Positions 1-13,254 of a stretch of DNA of 64,000 bases are shown one piece after another. The notes under the pieces are model-generated. The model worked only from the letters and a program-made list of their open reading frames with translations, made no database searches and was not told where the DNA came from. This DNA comes from Tubiluchus corallicola. Lineage: Eukaryota; Animalia; Priapulida. The DNA lies in contig JAQGDQ010000077.1 of the NCBI GenBank assembly GCA_030141605.1, positions 62,001-126,000 of the forward strand, written 5' to 3'. Each line of letters starts with the position of its first letter. The first letter of the stretch is position 1. The translations under genes were made by a program, and so were the position numbers.

Positions 1-99
1 ATCAGAAATTCGTGTTTGAAACAGCTGCAAACGCTAAGCTACACGTGTGTTATTTATACTAATAATTTGTTTACTGACTGTTTGTTTATGTGTTTACAG

Positions 100-231
100 G
101 TTTCTGGCGAAGGTGTGGACCTAACCCTGGCTGAACTTCAGGAGATGGCCACCAGGCAGCAGCAGCAGATCGAGACGCAGCAGCAGATGCTTGTTGCTAA
201 GGAGCAGAGGCTCAAGTTTCTTAAGCAGCAG
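100..231 (+). CDS. ASPP: ASPP-family protein, internal exon A (N-terminal coiled coil); gene begins upstream of window
   Basis: ttacag|GTT...CAG|gtagtt, 132 nt phase 0-0; [39 protein letters not shown] matches the ASPP1/2 Gln-rich coiled coil. Confidence 0.93.
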
Positions 232-393
232 GTAGTTACAGTGTGAATTATTAATCGTGATTATTAGTGCATAAGGTCAGGCGATTATGATCACAAGTTA
301 ATAATTTATCTGAAGTCAGATTGCGTTTGCAGAGTGTTTAACCAACATATTTTTGCTGGAACTCATCGTCCTTGGATGACATTCGGTATGTAC

Positions 394-767
394 TTGGGGT
401 GAGCATTCTCTACCAGAAAGCGAATTCGAATCGTACTGAATTTGTGACTTTCGAATTCGAATCGAACCGAACTTCAGTGTTCCGAATTCGAACCGAATTC
501 GAATTAAGCTCGAAAGATTAGTCTTAGAAAGATCATGCATATCACTAGATTTTGTTCTGCAATGAAACGACTAGTAATTTCTTTAAAATTGTGCGCAGAA
601 ATAACAACTAAATTATGTTAATTGCATGATGTTTCAATCGTTTTAGTGATCAAGAACATATGTGATTGAAGTGCTGAATTATTCGAATCTATAGTTTTGG
701 ATTCGAATTGAGTTTGAACTAAAAAAACTCATTCGAATCGAACTCGAACGTTCGATGCTCACCCCTA
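394..767. mobile_element. hAT-like MITE (TTCGAA-rich family), copy 1
   Basis: Termini t(t/a)ggggtgagcat / atgctcacccta flanked by a perfect 8-bp TSD GTATGTAC (386-393 and 768-775). Confidence 0.85.
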
Positions 768-958
768 GTATGTACCAGATATTGTACTAACACAGAATTT
801 AATAGTTACCTCTTAATTGTGTATTTGAAGATTTGTAAATTTGACACTATGATATCTATCGAATGAGGATTCCGCAACTTTTGACAACAAGAAATATGAT
901 CCACATGTCTAACTGCCATATTTTTATGGTCACGTCTCCGAGCAGGGCTCTTGTTTTC

Positions 959-1639
959 TTAAAGCACAAGAAAATCCTCCACTTGCATAAAGCTTAGAAA
1001 ATTCGTCTTGCAATTTTATACCACTTACATACTGCATTTTTGCATGCATGACTTCAATCAACAGTGACCTTGTATAAAACATGTAAATTTAAACTCCCGG
1101 GATAACCGTTAGGCGCAGCCATTTTGAGGATAAGTCTTTTCAAACAAGTTTTGATAACATTGAGTAAAGTTTGAGAAAATAATCAGAGCATTCGTAGCAT
1201 ACATGTTGCTAATTAAGTAAAATTTAAAATTACTGTATCTTGTCGCTAAGATTAAGAATACGTTTTTGGCCAGTGAGTGGCGCACCCTGGAGGGTGAATT
1301 AACTTTTACCAATTGGCACAAACATTTTAAATAATTAGTCTAGTTTCATAAATCTTTGCAGCAGGTAGGTGAAATGCTAAGTAATATAATTTTGCATGGA
1401 ACGTTTTTTGGGACATAATTTAACATTTCCTTTTCTTTCCCTGTTTGAAACTATGTGTATATGATGTCATGTAATGGCGCGCTTGGTACTTTAGGTACAG
1501 GAGATCTAAAATGAAACAAACAAAAAAGTCGATTAAACAAACAAACAAACATACAAACGATAAATTGCTACAAAGTATTATAATTTTTAAGGTGATTTTT
1601 CTGAAACCTATTTCAGGTTCCCCCTGTCTTGTCCTTTAA
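959..1639. mobile_element. Kolobok-like non-autonomous element K1, copy 1
   Basis: TTAA|AGCACAAGAAAA ... GTCTTGTCCT|TTAA (TTAA TSD, RR..YY termini); reverse-complement homologue at 9114-9795. Confidence 0.7.
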
Positions 1640-3212
1640 TATATCAAAACATAAGCCTCCACTGCTATTGTATACATGGATTACCCCCTGTCTTGTCCTT
1701 TAATATATCAAAACATAGGCCTCCACTGCTATTGTATACATGGATTATCCCCTGTCTTGTCCTTTAATATATCAAAACATAAGCCTCCACTGCTATTGTA
1801 TGCATGGATTATCCCCTGTCTGGTCCTTTAATATATCAAAACATAAGCCTCCACTGCTATTGTATACATGGATTATCCCCTGTCTTGTCCTTTAATATAT
1901 CAAAACATAAGCCTCCACTGCTATTGTATGCATGGATTATCCCCTGTCTGGTCCTTTAATATATCAAAACATAAGCCTCAACTGCTATTGTATACATGGA
2001 TTATCCCCTGTCTTGTCCTTCAATATATCAAAACATAGGCCTCCACTGCTATTGTATGCATGGATTACCCCCTGTCTTGTCCTTTAATATATCAAAACAT
2101 AAGCCTCCACTGCTATTGTATACATGGATTATCCCCTGTCTTGTCCTTTAATATATCAAAACATAAGCCTCAACTGCTATTGTATACATGGATTATCCCA
2201 TGTCTTGTCCTTTAATATATCAAAACATAAGCCTCCACTGCTATTGTATGCATGGATTATCCCCTGTCTGGTCCTTTAATATATCAAAACATAAGCCTCA
2301 ACTGCTATTGTATACATGGATTATCCCCTGTCTTGTCCTTCAATATATCAAAACATAGGCCTCCACTGCTATTGTATGCATGGATTACCCCCTGTCTTGT
2401 CCTTTAATATATCAAAACATAAGCCTCCACTGCTATTGTATACATGGATTATCCCCTGTCTTGTCCTTTAATATATCAAAACATAAGCCTCCACTGCTAT
2501 TGTATGCATGGATTATCCCCTGTCTTGTCCTTTAATATATCAAAACATAGGCCTCCACTGCTATTGTATACATGGATTATCCCCTGTCTTGTCCTTTAAT
2601 ATATCAAAACATAAGCCTCCACTGCTATTGTATACATGGATTATCCCCTGTCTTGTCCTTTAATATATCAAAACATAGGCCTCCACTGCTATTGTATACA
2701 TGGATTATCCCCTGTCTTGTCCTTTAATATATCAAAACATAAGCCTCCACTGCTATTGTATACATGGATTATCCCCTGTCTTGTCCTTTAATATATCAAA
2801 ACATAAGCCTCCACTGCTATTGTATGCATGGATTATCCCCTGTCTGGTTCTTTAATATATCAAAACATAAGCCTCCACTGCTATTGTATACATGGATTAT
2901 CCCCTGTCTTGTCCTTTAATATATCAAAACATAAGCCTCAACTGCTATTGTATACATGGATTACCCCCTGTCTTGTCCTTTAATATATCAAAACATAAGC
3001 CTCAACTGCTATTGTATACATGGATTATCCCATGTCTTGTCCTTCAATATATCAAAACATAGGCCTCCACTGCTATTGTATGCATGGATTATCCCCTGTC
3101 TTGTCCTTCAATATATCAAAACATAAGCCTCCACTGCTATTGTATACATGGATTATCCCCTGTCTTGTCCTTTAATATATCAAAACATAAGCTTCCACTG
3201 CTATTGTATACA
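1621..3212. repeat. Tandem array, 64-bp unit, about 25 copies
   Basis: Unit cccctgtcttgtcctttaatatatcaaaacataagcctccactgctattgtatacatggattat recurs at 1621, 1685, 1749 ... 2581 (exact 64 spacing). Confidence 0.97.
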
Positions 3213-3570
3213 TCATTGTATGTATACATGTATATATGTATGTATCTGTATCGCTGGGCTTCAGTTTTAAACTCTGAATCAAACTCCACTCAGAAAAATG
3301 AGAGTACAAAAAGCCTGCTTTAGATAGTTGTGGCACGCCTGCTAAAAATCGGGACAAATTCGAGAAGACATCGTGTTGTTTTGGCAATCTGGTCGGCCGA
3401 AAATTCCTATTTACATAAACCAGGTCTTTGAACTGACACGTTCCCGGGGCACGATTCGTTTCTTTTTTCTGTTGCTGTAAATATTGAAGTTCCAATACTT
3501 AATTATGTGGCAGTTTGAGGGCTTTAGATGTGTTACAGACAGTGGACTTTTTGTGTCTTTCTGTAGTGGT

Positions 3571-5418
3571 TTAAAGCAAAGAACAAGTCACTCAATATGT
3601 TGGGTTTGTTTTACTGTTATCACTTAAATTGTTTGTGGTGTGCTAAAGGAAAGAACAAGTCACTCAATATGTTGGGTTTGTTTTACTGTTATCACTTAAA
3701 TTGTTTGTGGTGTGCTAAAGGAAAGAACAAGTCGCTCAGTATGTTGGGTTTGTTTTACTGTTATCACTTAAATTGTTTGTGGTGTGCTAAAGAAAACAAG
3801 TCACTCAATATGTTGGGTTTGTTTTATTTATCACTTAAATTGTTTGTGGTGTGCTAAAGGAAAGAACAAGTCACTCAATATGTTGGGTTTGTTTTACTGT
3901 TATCACTTAAATTGTTTGTGGTGTGCTAAAGGAAAGAACAAGTCACTCAATAATGAGTTTGTTTTACTGTTATCACTTAAATTGTTTGTGGTGTGCTAAA
4001 GGAAAGAACAAGTCACTCAGTATGTTGGGTTTGTTTTACTGTTATCACTTAAACTGTTTGTGGTGTGCTAAAGGAAAGAACAAGTCACTCAGTATGTTGG
4101 GTTTGTTTACTGTTATCACTTAAATTGTTTGTGGTGTGCTAAAGGAAAGAACAAGTCACTCAGTATGTTGGGTTTGTTTTACTGTTATCACTTAAATTGT
4201 TTGTGGTGTGCTAAAGGAAAGAACAAGTCACTCAATATGTTGAGTTTGTTTTACTGTTATCACTTAAATTGTTTGTGGTGTGCTAAAGGAAAGAACAAGT
4301 CGCTCAGTATGTTGGGTTTGTTTTACTGTTATCACTTAAATTGTTTGTGGTGTGCTAAAGGAAAGAACAAGTCACTCAATATGTTGGGTTTGTTTTACTG
4401 TTATCACTTAAATTGTTTGTGGTGTGCTAAAGGAAAGAACAAGTCACTCAATATGTTGGGTTTGTTTTACTGTTATCACTTAAATTGTTTGTGGTGTGCT
4501 AAAGGAAAGAACAAGTCACTCAATATGTTGGGTTTGTTTTACTGTTATCACTTAAACTGTTTGTGGTGTGCTAAGGAAAGAACAAGTCCTCAGTATGTTG
4601 GGTTTGTTTTACTGTTATCATAAATTGTTTGTGGTGTGCTAAAGGAAAGAACAAGTCGCTCAGTATGTTGGGTTTGTTTTACTGTTATCACTTAAATTGT
4701 TTGTGGTGTGCTAAAGGAGAGAACAAGTCACTCAATATGTTGGGTTTGTTTTACTGTTATCACTTAAATTGTTTGTGGTGTGCTAAAGGAAAGAACAAGT
4801 CACTCAATATGTTGGGTTTGTTTTACTGTTATCACTTAAATTGTTTGTGGTGTGCTAAAGGAAAGAACAAGTCACTCAGTATGTTGAGTTTGTTTTACTG
4901 TTATCACTTAAATTGTTTGTGGTGTGCTAAAGGAAAGAACAAGTCGCTCAGTATGTTGAGTTTGTTTTACTGTTATCACTTAAATTGTTTGTGGTGTGCT
5001 AAAGGAAAGAACAAGTCACTCAGTATGTTGGGTTTGTTTTACTGTTATCACTTAAATTGTTTGTGGTGTGCTAAAGGAAAGAACAAGTCACTCAGTACGT
5101 TGAGTTTGTTTTACTTTTATCACTTAAATTGTTTGTGGTGTGCTAAAGGAAAGAACAAGTCACTCAGTATGTTGAGTTTGTTTTACTGTTATCACTTAAA
5201 TTGTTTGTGGTGTGCTAAAGGAAAGAACAAGTCACTCAGTACGTTGAGTTTGTTTTACTGTTATCACTTAAATTGTTTGTGGTGTGCTAAAGGAAAGAAC
5301 AAGTCACTCAGTACGTTGAGTTTGTTTTACTGTTATCACTTAAATTGTTTGTGGTGTGCTAAAGGAAAGAACAAGTCACTCAGTATGTTGAGTTTGTTTT
5401 ACTGTTATCACTTAAACT
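3571..5418. repeat. Tandem array, 72-bp unit, about 26 copies
   Basis: Unit taaaggaaagaacaagtcactcaatatgttgggtttgttttactgttatcacttaaattgtttgtggtgtgc. Confidence 0.97.
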
Positions 5419-5911
5419 TAGAAAAATATAACAAAGAAATTTGCAAAGAACTGTCTATAAAGCATAAATCTACCGCTGAATAGAAATTTTCAGGCGTGGC
5501 GGTTGCCGCCATTCACTTGAAAATCGTGACGTAACTGGGAGACTTCGTGACTTTTCGTAAGCACGTCGTGACTTTTCGTAAGCGCGCGCTGTTTAAACTC
5601 ATTCAAACTTGTGCAGCTTACCCAATGTTCGCGCAAAAATACGAGAAAATTAGCTATCTAATTATTTTGTAAAAACTTACTACGCTTTCGACGAAGATTG
5701 ATCGTGCGCTACTCTTCTTCAAGATGAATGACGTCATTGGAAGAATTGGCATTGAAAATGGAAGCGCTCGCGCGTGGAGTGATCAGGATTTTAAAGTAAT
5801 TTTACTAATTACGCGAGGCGCTCATTGCAGTTTTATTACTAAATCCTTCTAACATTTTTCGCAAACATTGAAATAAGCCTAACCTCCTTGGAGACTCGGC
5901 CTTTCGTTTAA
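3571..5911. mobile_element. Kolobok-like element K2, copy 1, with amplified left end
   Basis: Begins TTAA|AG(c/g)aaagaacaagtc and ends gactcggcctttcgt|TTAA (imperfect TIR); body 5418-5700 is homologous to 13668-13985. Confidence 0.6.
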
Positions 5912-6120
5912 CATGATTCGTGTCTAACTGTCAACAAAGTATGTTTTGATTTCAGTACGTAGCGTATAATATATTGTTCAATATTAATTATAAGGTAACA
6001 GGTGTTGGTAGTTGATAACATTCTGATTGCGTGTTTTGTCGTGTCTTTATTATTGAGCCGTTCGTGTTTCTCATGTTCAGACTTGCTTGATTAACCAATT
6101 CGTTGATTAATTGTCTACAG

Positions 6121-6265
6121 GAGATGAAACATCAGCAGATCGCCAGCGAAAACGAGAGGCTGCGGAAGCTGAGAGAGAAGGTCGAAGGTCAAGAGATCAA
6201 ACTGAAGAAACTGAGAGCGTTGCGAGGTCAAGCCGATCAGCAGAAGAGCAGTAATTCTAGTTTGA
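6121..6265 (+). CDS. ASPP: ASPP exon B
   Basis: ctacag|GAG...TTG A|gtatgt, phase 0-1; [29 protein letters not shown]. Confidence 0.92.
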
Positions 6266-7159
6266 GTATGTATCATCAGTTACTTTCAAATGATATCGGG
6301 AATTCAGAGCTTTGTTATCTGTTTTCCATTTAATTCCCAGTGCTACGTTTTTGTAAATTATCTAATTATCCCTTGATATGCTCTGTCGAGGGCGTGGCAT
6401 GATTCGTCTCCTTTGTAATTCTTGGTGAACCCAATTTAAATTTCCAGGGCCAGAATTTCATTATATTTTGCTAGAATCTAAGCATGTTCTTGCCACGTGC
6501 CATTTTGGGAGAGTTCAGAGATTTGAGGTCTAATTTACGTAGTTCAAGTAAAATGAATTATAATAATTGTAACAGCAGAGATTAAATTTCTATTTAAAAT
6601 GATTTATTATAAGAATTAATCACTAAAATCTCCTTCAGAAAGAGACCTGATTAGAGATCAGAAAGAGGACAAGAAAATTTCCTGATTCTGCCTCTTTTCA
6701 TGCAGAGAAGCCGTTTTTCCTGCAGGTTTTAGCATCACCAAGTTTGAGAAGTTCCTTACGGAAAACACGAGAATTTTTGCGATAACTCGACAAATCGGTC
6801 GTTTTCAAACTTTGTACCTTCTGCTTCGAGTTTTTTTTTTGGTTTGGCAAATTTTACACGCAACTCTGAATGCCAACTTGTGGTTGGTTTTGGTTTGCAA
6901 GCGCACATATATAAAAAGTGTTGTTTTTTGTTTTTATTGTTAAGAAAAGTCTTCACGTTCCCTTGTGTAGTTGGGTACATTAGCTCCAGCGCCCTAGCGT
7001 CATGTAGTAGTTGTGTGTTATGTGGGGTAATAGGTGCAGAGAGAACAGAGCAGAACCGTGTCTCAGTTTTATCGCACTTGTAAAAGTTGTATATCCACTT
7101 TTTACACTATTTGCCTTGTATATTTTTAAGGAAGACAGGATGATTTTTCATAGTAATTA

Positions 7160-8925
7160 ATGAATGAACTGTAGAAAATGGAAATGTTTACTATGTTTTT
7201 CATAATTTGTTAATTCTAAGTAATTAGTTAATGTATTGTATAAAATGGAGATATTCACTAATTTTTTTTTATAATTTCTTAATTAAGTAAGTAATTAGTT
7301 AATGAACTAAGTTAATTACTTAGTTCGTACATTTCTAAAGGAAGACAGGATGATTTTTCATATACTATCTCATTTTCAAGTCCCATAAAAAGTATACATT
7401 TTAACACAAGTAGAGCTGCGTCTCAGTATGCTTTTGGCATTTCTGATAATTAAATAATGGATTAAAAACTTTGTTAACAGCGGGCGTGCCCAACTATTGA
7501 TGACGTCACAAACTAACATGATTTTCAACAGCAAAAATATTCCACGAGCGTGTTGCAGGTGTTTGCGAAATCGAAAATTGAAGTACAGTGCTACTGTAAG
7601 ATATTCGGTGTGTTGTACTAAAATTAAACAAGTTTTAAGATAAAAATTCAAATTTCAAATTTACCGTTATGCTTGCACATGAACTGTCGAACGTGTATAG
7701 TTCATCAGAAACTAACACATATGAACTGAAAGGTATAGCACCTGTGTTTTGTGCAATGCATTTTCGAAATGCAGGTGCTAATGCCTGTGCAACTAGCGAA
7801 TGGCGAAATGCATGTAACAGTGAAGAACTAGTGGCATGAACTTAAAATTGTGTTTGTGTGGTAATAATTCTTTCACGTAAGTCATTTTTGAAAAAATAGT
7901 GCATTTCCTTTCAACATTTTATGGAGTAGTTTGTTTTGACTCGCAGTTCCAGATTGTGTCTGGTTTTGCTTTATGTTTATGTATTGCAGAATGCAGCATT
8001 GCGGTTTTTGCAGAATGAATAAAATCACCTGTTCCTATGGTTCATTATTCATTTTAGTGTAATTATCAGGCAATCACACTTGATGGATGGCTGTTAACCT
8101 TGATGACAAGGTGTTACTCAGGTGTTTATTACCTTGGCGGGTATCGTTAGCCCTACATTTTACATCAACCAGGTGAGAAGGAAATTAGGGGGAACGATTT
8201 GTGGGTGTAATTTTACGCTAACGTGATTAGGTGGTGACATTTATTGCCGCTTGTTATGCATCGTTGTTTATTGGCATTCAGAGAAACAGATGTTTCTCTC
8301 CACGTGGAAAATGCTAATTTAAACTAAATTTTTAATCCATTATTTAATTATCAGAAACACTTTTGCAGTATTAATTGTGTTAAAATGTATACTTTTTATG
8401 GTTCTTGAAAATGGGATTGTATATGAAAAATCATCCTGTTTCCTTTAGAAATGTACGAACTAAGTAATTAACTAAGTTCTTAAACTAATTACTTACTTAA
8501 TTAACAAATTATGAAAAACTTAGTAAACATTCTCCATTTTCTACAGTTCGTTAACTAATTACTTAGTTATTTAACAAATTATGAAAAACTTAGTAAACAT
8601 TCTCCATTTTCTACAGTTCGTTAACTAATTACTTAGTTAATTAACAAATTATGAAAAACTTAGTAAACATTCTCCATTTTCTACAGTTCATTAACTAATT
8701 ACTTAGTTAATAAACAAATTATAAAAACTTAGTAAACGTTCTCCATTTTCTACAGTTCATTAACTAATTACTTAGTTAATTAACAAATTATAAAAAACTT
8801 AGTAAACGTTCTCCATTTTCTACAGTTCATTAACTAATTACTTAGTTAATTAATACAGTTCATTAACTAATTACTTAGTTAATTAAGAAATTATAAAAAA
8901 AACTTAGCAAACATTCTGCATTTTC
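7160..8925. repeat. Inverted repeat pair (about 7160-7409 vs 8376-8640) plus 70-bp tandem array (about 8480-8925, about 6 units)
   Basis: ttcgtacatttctaaaggaagacaggatgatttttcatatac...aagtatacattttaacac is the reverse complement of 8376-8460; tagtaaacattctccattttctacagttc recurs at 8521, 8591, 8661. Confidence 0.85.
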
Positions 8926-9113
8926 TTATGTGGCATATTAATTTGTGACTTTTGATATGGAGTTTCAGGCCTAATCTAAACACAGAAAGCTAATTGAATA
9001 CAGATAGTAGTTGACTTACGCCCACAATTGGTTCTGGTCGAGGTTATAAGACGAACTCCTGTTCTAGCAAACAAATCAAAAGGGTCACATTTTTGGTATA
9101 GCAAAATTGTTAT

Positions 9114-9795
9114 TTAAAGTACAAGAAAAGGGGTACCTGAAGTAGGTTTCAGAAAAATCACCTTAAAAATTAAATTGCTTTATAGCAATTTTATGCGCAT
9201 ATCGTACTCGCGTTGAAAGGATTTTTCGTTTTCACTTTAAATCTCTCTCAATACTGTTCTGACCGCACCATTACATGACGTCATACACGCACAACGTAAA
9301 TCAGAGGAAGAAAAGGCAATCTTAAATTATGTCTCAAAAAACTTTCCATGCAAAATTATATTACTTAGCATTTCGTTTACCTGCTTGAAAGACTTGTGTA
9401 ACTAGAAAAGAAAATTATTAATTATTTAAAATCTTTTCAACAATTGGGAAAATGTCGTTGATTCACATTCCAGGGTGCGCCACTCACTAACCAGAAAATG
9501 TATTTTTAATCTTATTGACAAGATGCAGTAATTTTAAATTTTGCTTATCGATGTGTGCGCTGTGAATGCTTCGATTATTTTTTCAAACTTTGCATGATGT
9601 TATCTAAACTTGTTTCTAATGACTTATTGTCAAAATCGTTGCGTCTAACGACCATTCCGGGAGTTTAAATTTACATGTTTTAAACAGCGTTACTGCCGAC
9701 GGAAGCCCTGTATGCAAAAAAGGCAATAAGTCATATAAAATTTCAAGACGAATTTTTTAAGCGTTATGTAAGTGGAGGGTTTTCTTGTGCTTTTA
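9114..9795. mobile_element. Kolobok-like element K1, copy 2 (inverted relative to copy 1)
   Basis: TTAA|AGTACAAGAAAAG ... ttttcttgtgct; aligns by eye to the reverse complement of 959-1639. Confidence 0.72.
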
Positions 9796-9820
9796 GTTAA
9801 AATGATTGTCTGTATTGCAG

Positions 9821-10011
9821 CTGCGGAGTTGGACTCCATTCGGAATCTGTTCTCCGAGAAGGAAAGGGAGCTGCACAATGCCGTGACTAGAGTGGAGACA
9901 CTCACGCGTCAACTGGAAGAGATCCGCCGTGGCAAAATGAACGGTCTCAACTCCTCCAACATTCATTCTCCTGCTACGATCGAACTCGACAAACTGAGAA
10001 GAGAACTCATG
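9821..10011 (+). CDS. ASPP: ASPP exon C
   Basis: ttgcag|CT...ATG|gtaggc, phase 1-0; AELDSIRNLFSEKERELHNAVTRVETLTRQLEE...ELDKLRRELM. Confidence 0.92.
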
Positions 10012-10410
10012 GTAGGCGAAATGTGTAGCAAACATTCTGAAATTTCCTTTTTTCTTGCCACATAAACTCCTCCAACATTCATTCTCCTGCTACGATCGAA
10101 CTCGACAAACTGAGAAGAGAACTCATGGTAGGCGAAATGCGTAGCAAACATTCTGAAATTTCCTTTTTCCTGCTGTATAAACTCCTCCAACATTCATTCT
10201 CCTGCTACGATCGAACTCGACAAGCTGAGAAGAGAAGTCATGGTAGGCGAAATGTGTAGCAAACATTCTGAAATTTCCTTTTTTCTTGCCACATAAACTC
10301 CTCCAACATTCATTCTCCTGCTACGATCGAACTCGACAAACTGCGAAGAGAACTCATGGTAGGCGAAATGCGTAGCAAACATTCTGAAATTGCCTTTTCT
10401 CCTATAACCT
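9949..10410 (+). repeat. Four tandem 115-116-bp copies of the ASPP exon C 3' end plus donor site
   Basis: ctcctccaacattcattctcc at 9951, 10067, 10182, 10298; ATG|gtaggc donors at 10012, 10128, 10243, 10359. Confidence 0.95.
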
Positions 10411-10624
10411 CTTTTGTTTTCTGTTCATACGGGGTTCATTTTACTTTATTTTTCATACTCAATTTGTTTTGGATATGACTGATTTATTTGAATCCACTAT
10501 TTGTATTGAGCCTACAATAATCAAAACTTGCTTTCTTATCTTGTTTTTCTTCAGATATTTAAATTCAAACATTTTTACTGCTGAAAATTTCCGAGATTGT
10601 GTTGCTTTTTTTGTGGTATGTCTG

Positions 10625-11340
10625 TTAACTCTCTCAGGATCGTAAGAGTTTGCTGCATTTGACACGGGTTCATAAAAAACTCCTGTCACTAAACAGCGAT
10701 TACATTATATTTGATAATTTTTGTAGGTTTCTACTCCTCACACAATGGGTTTTCATGCAAAATTATATATGAAATGCATTTGCTTTCCTTAGACGAATGA
10801 AAAATTGACGAATTTGACGAATAAATTGAAAAAACTTTGAGTTTTGCTCTATAACAGAGTAGAGTATCGCTTGTGTGAAATCAGCAAATGCAGAAAATTT
10901 CACCTATCCAGACACAGCACTCTGATACACTTTGGTCTCAAATCTACTCTATTTTTAAGGAGAAATTCCTGTTTAAAGATGCAACGACCTTAATTTGTCC
11001 TTGGCTGATTGGTTGGTTTTCCCTGCAATAGCAGCAGAATGCTGGATAGCTTGGGCTGTAGCAAGCAGGAGATAGTAAAATAGCGTGTACGATCACGCAA
11101 GTGTACACCAGACTTAGCTACTCAATAGGCTAAGTTGGAGTGCCTGAAGAGGGCTTAATTTTATCCGATTAAATCACTAATAAATGTTTAAGCAAATAGC
11201 ATGATTGGATAGCCGAGATTCTCCTGAATAGAACTGTACCTAATTTGCAATCATTTAGTTATGTCTGTGCTCATACAGTAGCAGAAAAGTCATAGGTCTT
11301 ATAAGACCTATTTTGGATGGTGTAGTTCTGAAGGAGTTAA
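10625..11340. mobile_element. piggyBac-like MITE P1, copy 1
   Basis: TTAA|CTCtcTCAG ... CTGAAGGAG|TTAA (YY..RR termini); homologous to 23593-24323. Confidence 0.75.
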
Positions 11341-11476
11341 TCAAATTGCTTGAAGTTTAGTTTAAGTTTGTATGCAACTGGCTAGCATGTTATGTTGCAT
11401 CAAGTGCTGCCATCTATCAATGATAAATTAAAACAAACACATTGCATTGTAATGGGCGAGTTTTATGATTTTCCAG

Positions 11477-13168
11477 ATTCGTAACAAACTGAACGAACAG
11501 CAACAGCGGAAGCTGTCTGCCCAAAAAGATGCCCTACAGGGCAAGCAGGGGGAGATGAGCGTCATCGACAAGCGCATCGAGGAGCTGACGCAACGTCTTC
11601 GCAAGAAGAGGCAGATGAACCAGCAGCAGATGCACACCGGAGGCGACATTTTGGACAAGAGCAAGCCCCGACCGTTCAGCGGCAACATAGCAGCCGTCGA
11701 GCCTTACCAACACGTGCCTTACAATAGTACCGCCGATGATGTTCATATGAAGATGGCTAACGTACCGTCCCCTCAGCATATGTCGCTGCCCGTGCATAAT
11801 AGGCAAGCAGCATCCGACACCAATAAAGTCATTGATAAAGGCAGCTATGGGACAGTGAGCAATGGCGATGTACCTAGTAAAGAATACGATCATCGTTTGT
11901 CGCCCACTAAGGGTCACGCCACCGCACTGGCCGTCATGGAGGAAACACTGCACGAAAGTAAAAATATTGCCGATCCACTATCGCTCCATGTCTCCGAGAA
12001 ACTTGGAGTTAGCCAGCCGGATGTTTCCAGAAAACAGGATTCGCCGGAAGTGCGAGTGACCTCTCCGCCTTATTCTTCCGTTGCGCCTAAAACCCAGAAG
12101 CTGGCCGATGCTAACGTGGAACGGCGTTCGCCCACGCTTCCGGCTTCCGGTCGACTGCAGCCACCCGCCTTCATGAGACCGCATAAAAGGGAACCCATCA
12201 CGATAAATGTGTCCAAAGCTGCTGGCGGCACTCACCAGCCGTCACCGCCAACTTCCGTAAGCTCGCTGTCGTCGGCGAGCAGCGCTTCTGCCGATGACAA
12301 GCATCCAGATGTGCCGGCGCCAACATCCGACAGCAAGGACAAGACGTCGGAGAGCGATTCAACCCTTGACGAGTCAAAAGGGGACACCAACGAGAAACCT
12401 ACCCGGGATACGTCCCCAGAGAAGGGCCCCACTGCCGCCGTGCAACCAGCTACCAGCGGTGAGTCCGTCGAACCTTCCGGCAAGTTTCAGCCAAGAGCCG
12501 TAAGTTCTGGAAGATTCATGAACCGTTTGGGTGTCGGTGCAATGGAAAAGTACCAGAAGCAGATGAGTAAGTTGTATAGTCCAGTGAAAATACCCGGTGA
12601 AACAAAGAAGCCAACGGAAGCAGAACAACCGGCCGCCTCCTCTGCACCTGTGCTGTCGTCTGCTCAGGCAGCAGAGAAGGAAAAATCTCCGGAACCCAGT
12701 ACGGAAGCTGTGCCTGCTTCGTCCGAAGATGAGCCTAAAATCCCCAACAGCACACAGGCAGAAGAAAAGTCGTTAAAACCAGAAGAGAAAAAGCCTCCCG
12801 CAGGTCGCAATCGCCAAATTCAAATTCCGCCCGCATTCATGTTGCAGGATCAGGGCGAGGAGTCGTCGGCCAGTAGCGGCAAGGTGCCCAAGTACGTGAA
12901 TCCGCCCCGCTATCCCGGATCGCCCAACGCGCACTTTCCGCTCATCGACACGTTCATACCGAACATTACCAAGTCGGTGAAGAAACGGCATTCGTTCACG
13001 GAAGCCATTCCCGGGCTGACGAATCTCGAGGGTCGCGTGACCAGCCCGGAGGTGCAATTCTTCCAGCGGGAGCACGACACGCTCGAGGCTAAACTCCAGC
13101 AGGAACAGCCCGCTTTGCAGGCGGAGGAGGTGAACATTGACAAAGTTCTCAAAGAGGACGAAGACGAG
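11477..13168 (+). CDS. ASPP: ASPP exon D (large Pro/Ser-rich exon)
   Basis: ttccag|ATT...GAG|gtaatt, 1692 nt open, phase 0-0; RNKLNEQQ...IDKRIEELTQRLRKKR and NIAAVEPY motifs. Confidence 0.93.
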
Positions 13169-13254
13169 GTAATTGTTTCTTTTACTCGTTAATTAGTTTC
13201 ACATTAATTGTGTACAATATTTGCTAAGAAAATGCTTTAGACCGATGGCAAGGC

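Noticed and set aside
1621-5418. CRISPR-like appearance of the regular arrays
   Set aside because: Units are contiguous near-identical copies without unique spacers; no cas genes; eukaryotic context.
3597-5483. Cys/His-rich repeat ORFs up to 284 aa (also 13315-13743)
   Set aside because: The 72-bp unit is a multiple of 3 and stop-free by chance; frames break at indels and the array is intronic and TE-linked.
11534-13152. Several antisense and alternate-frame ORFs
   Set aside because: Shadows of the GC-rich ASPP exon D.
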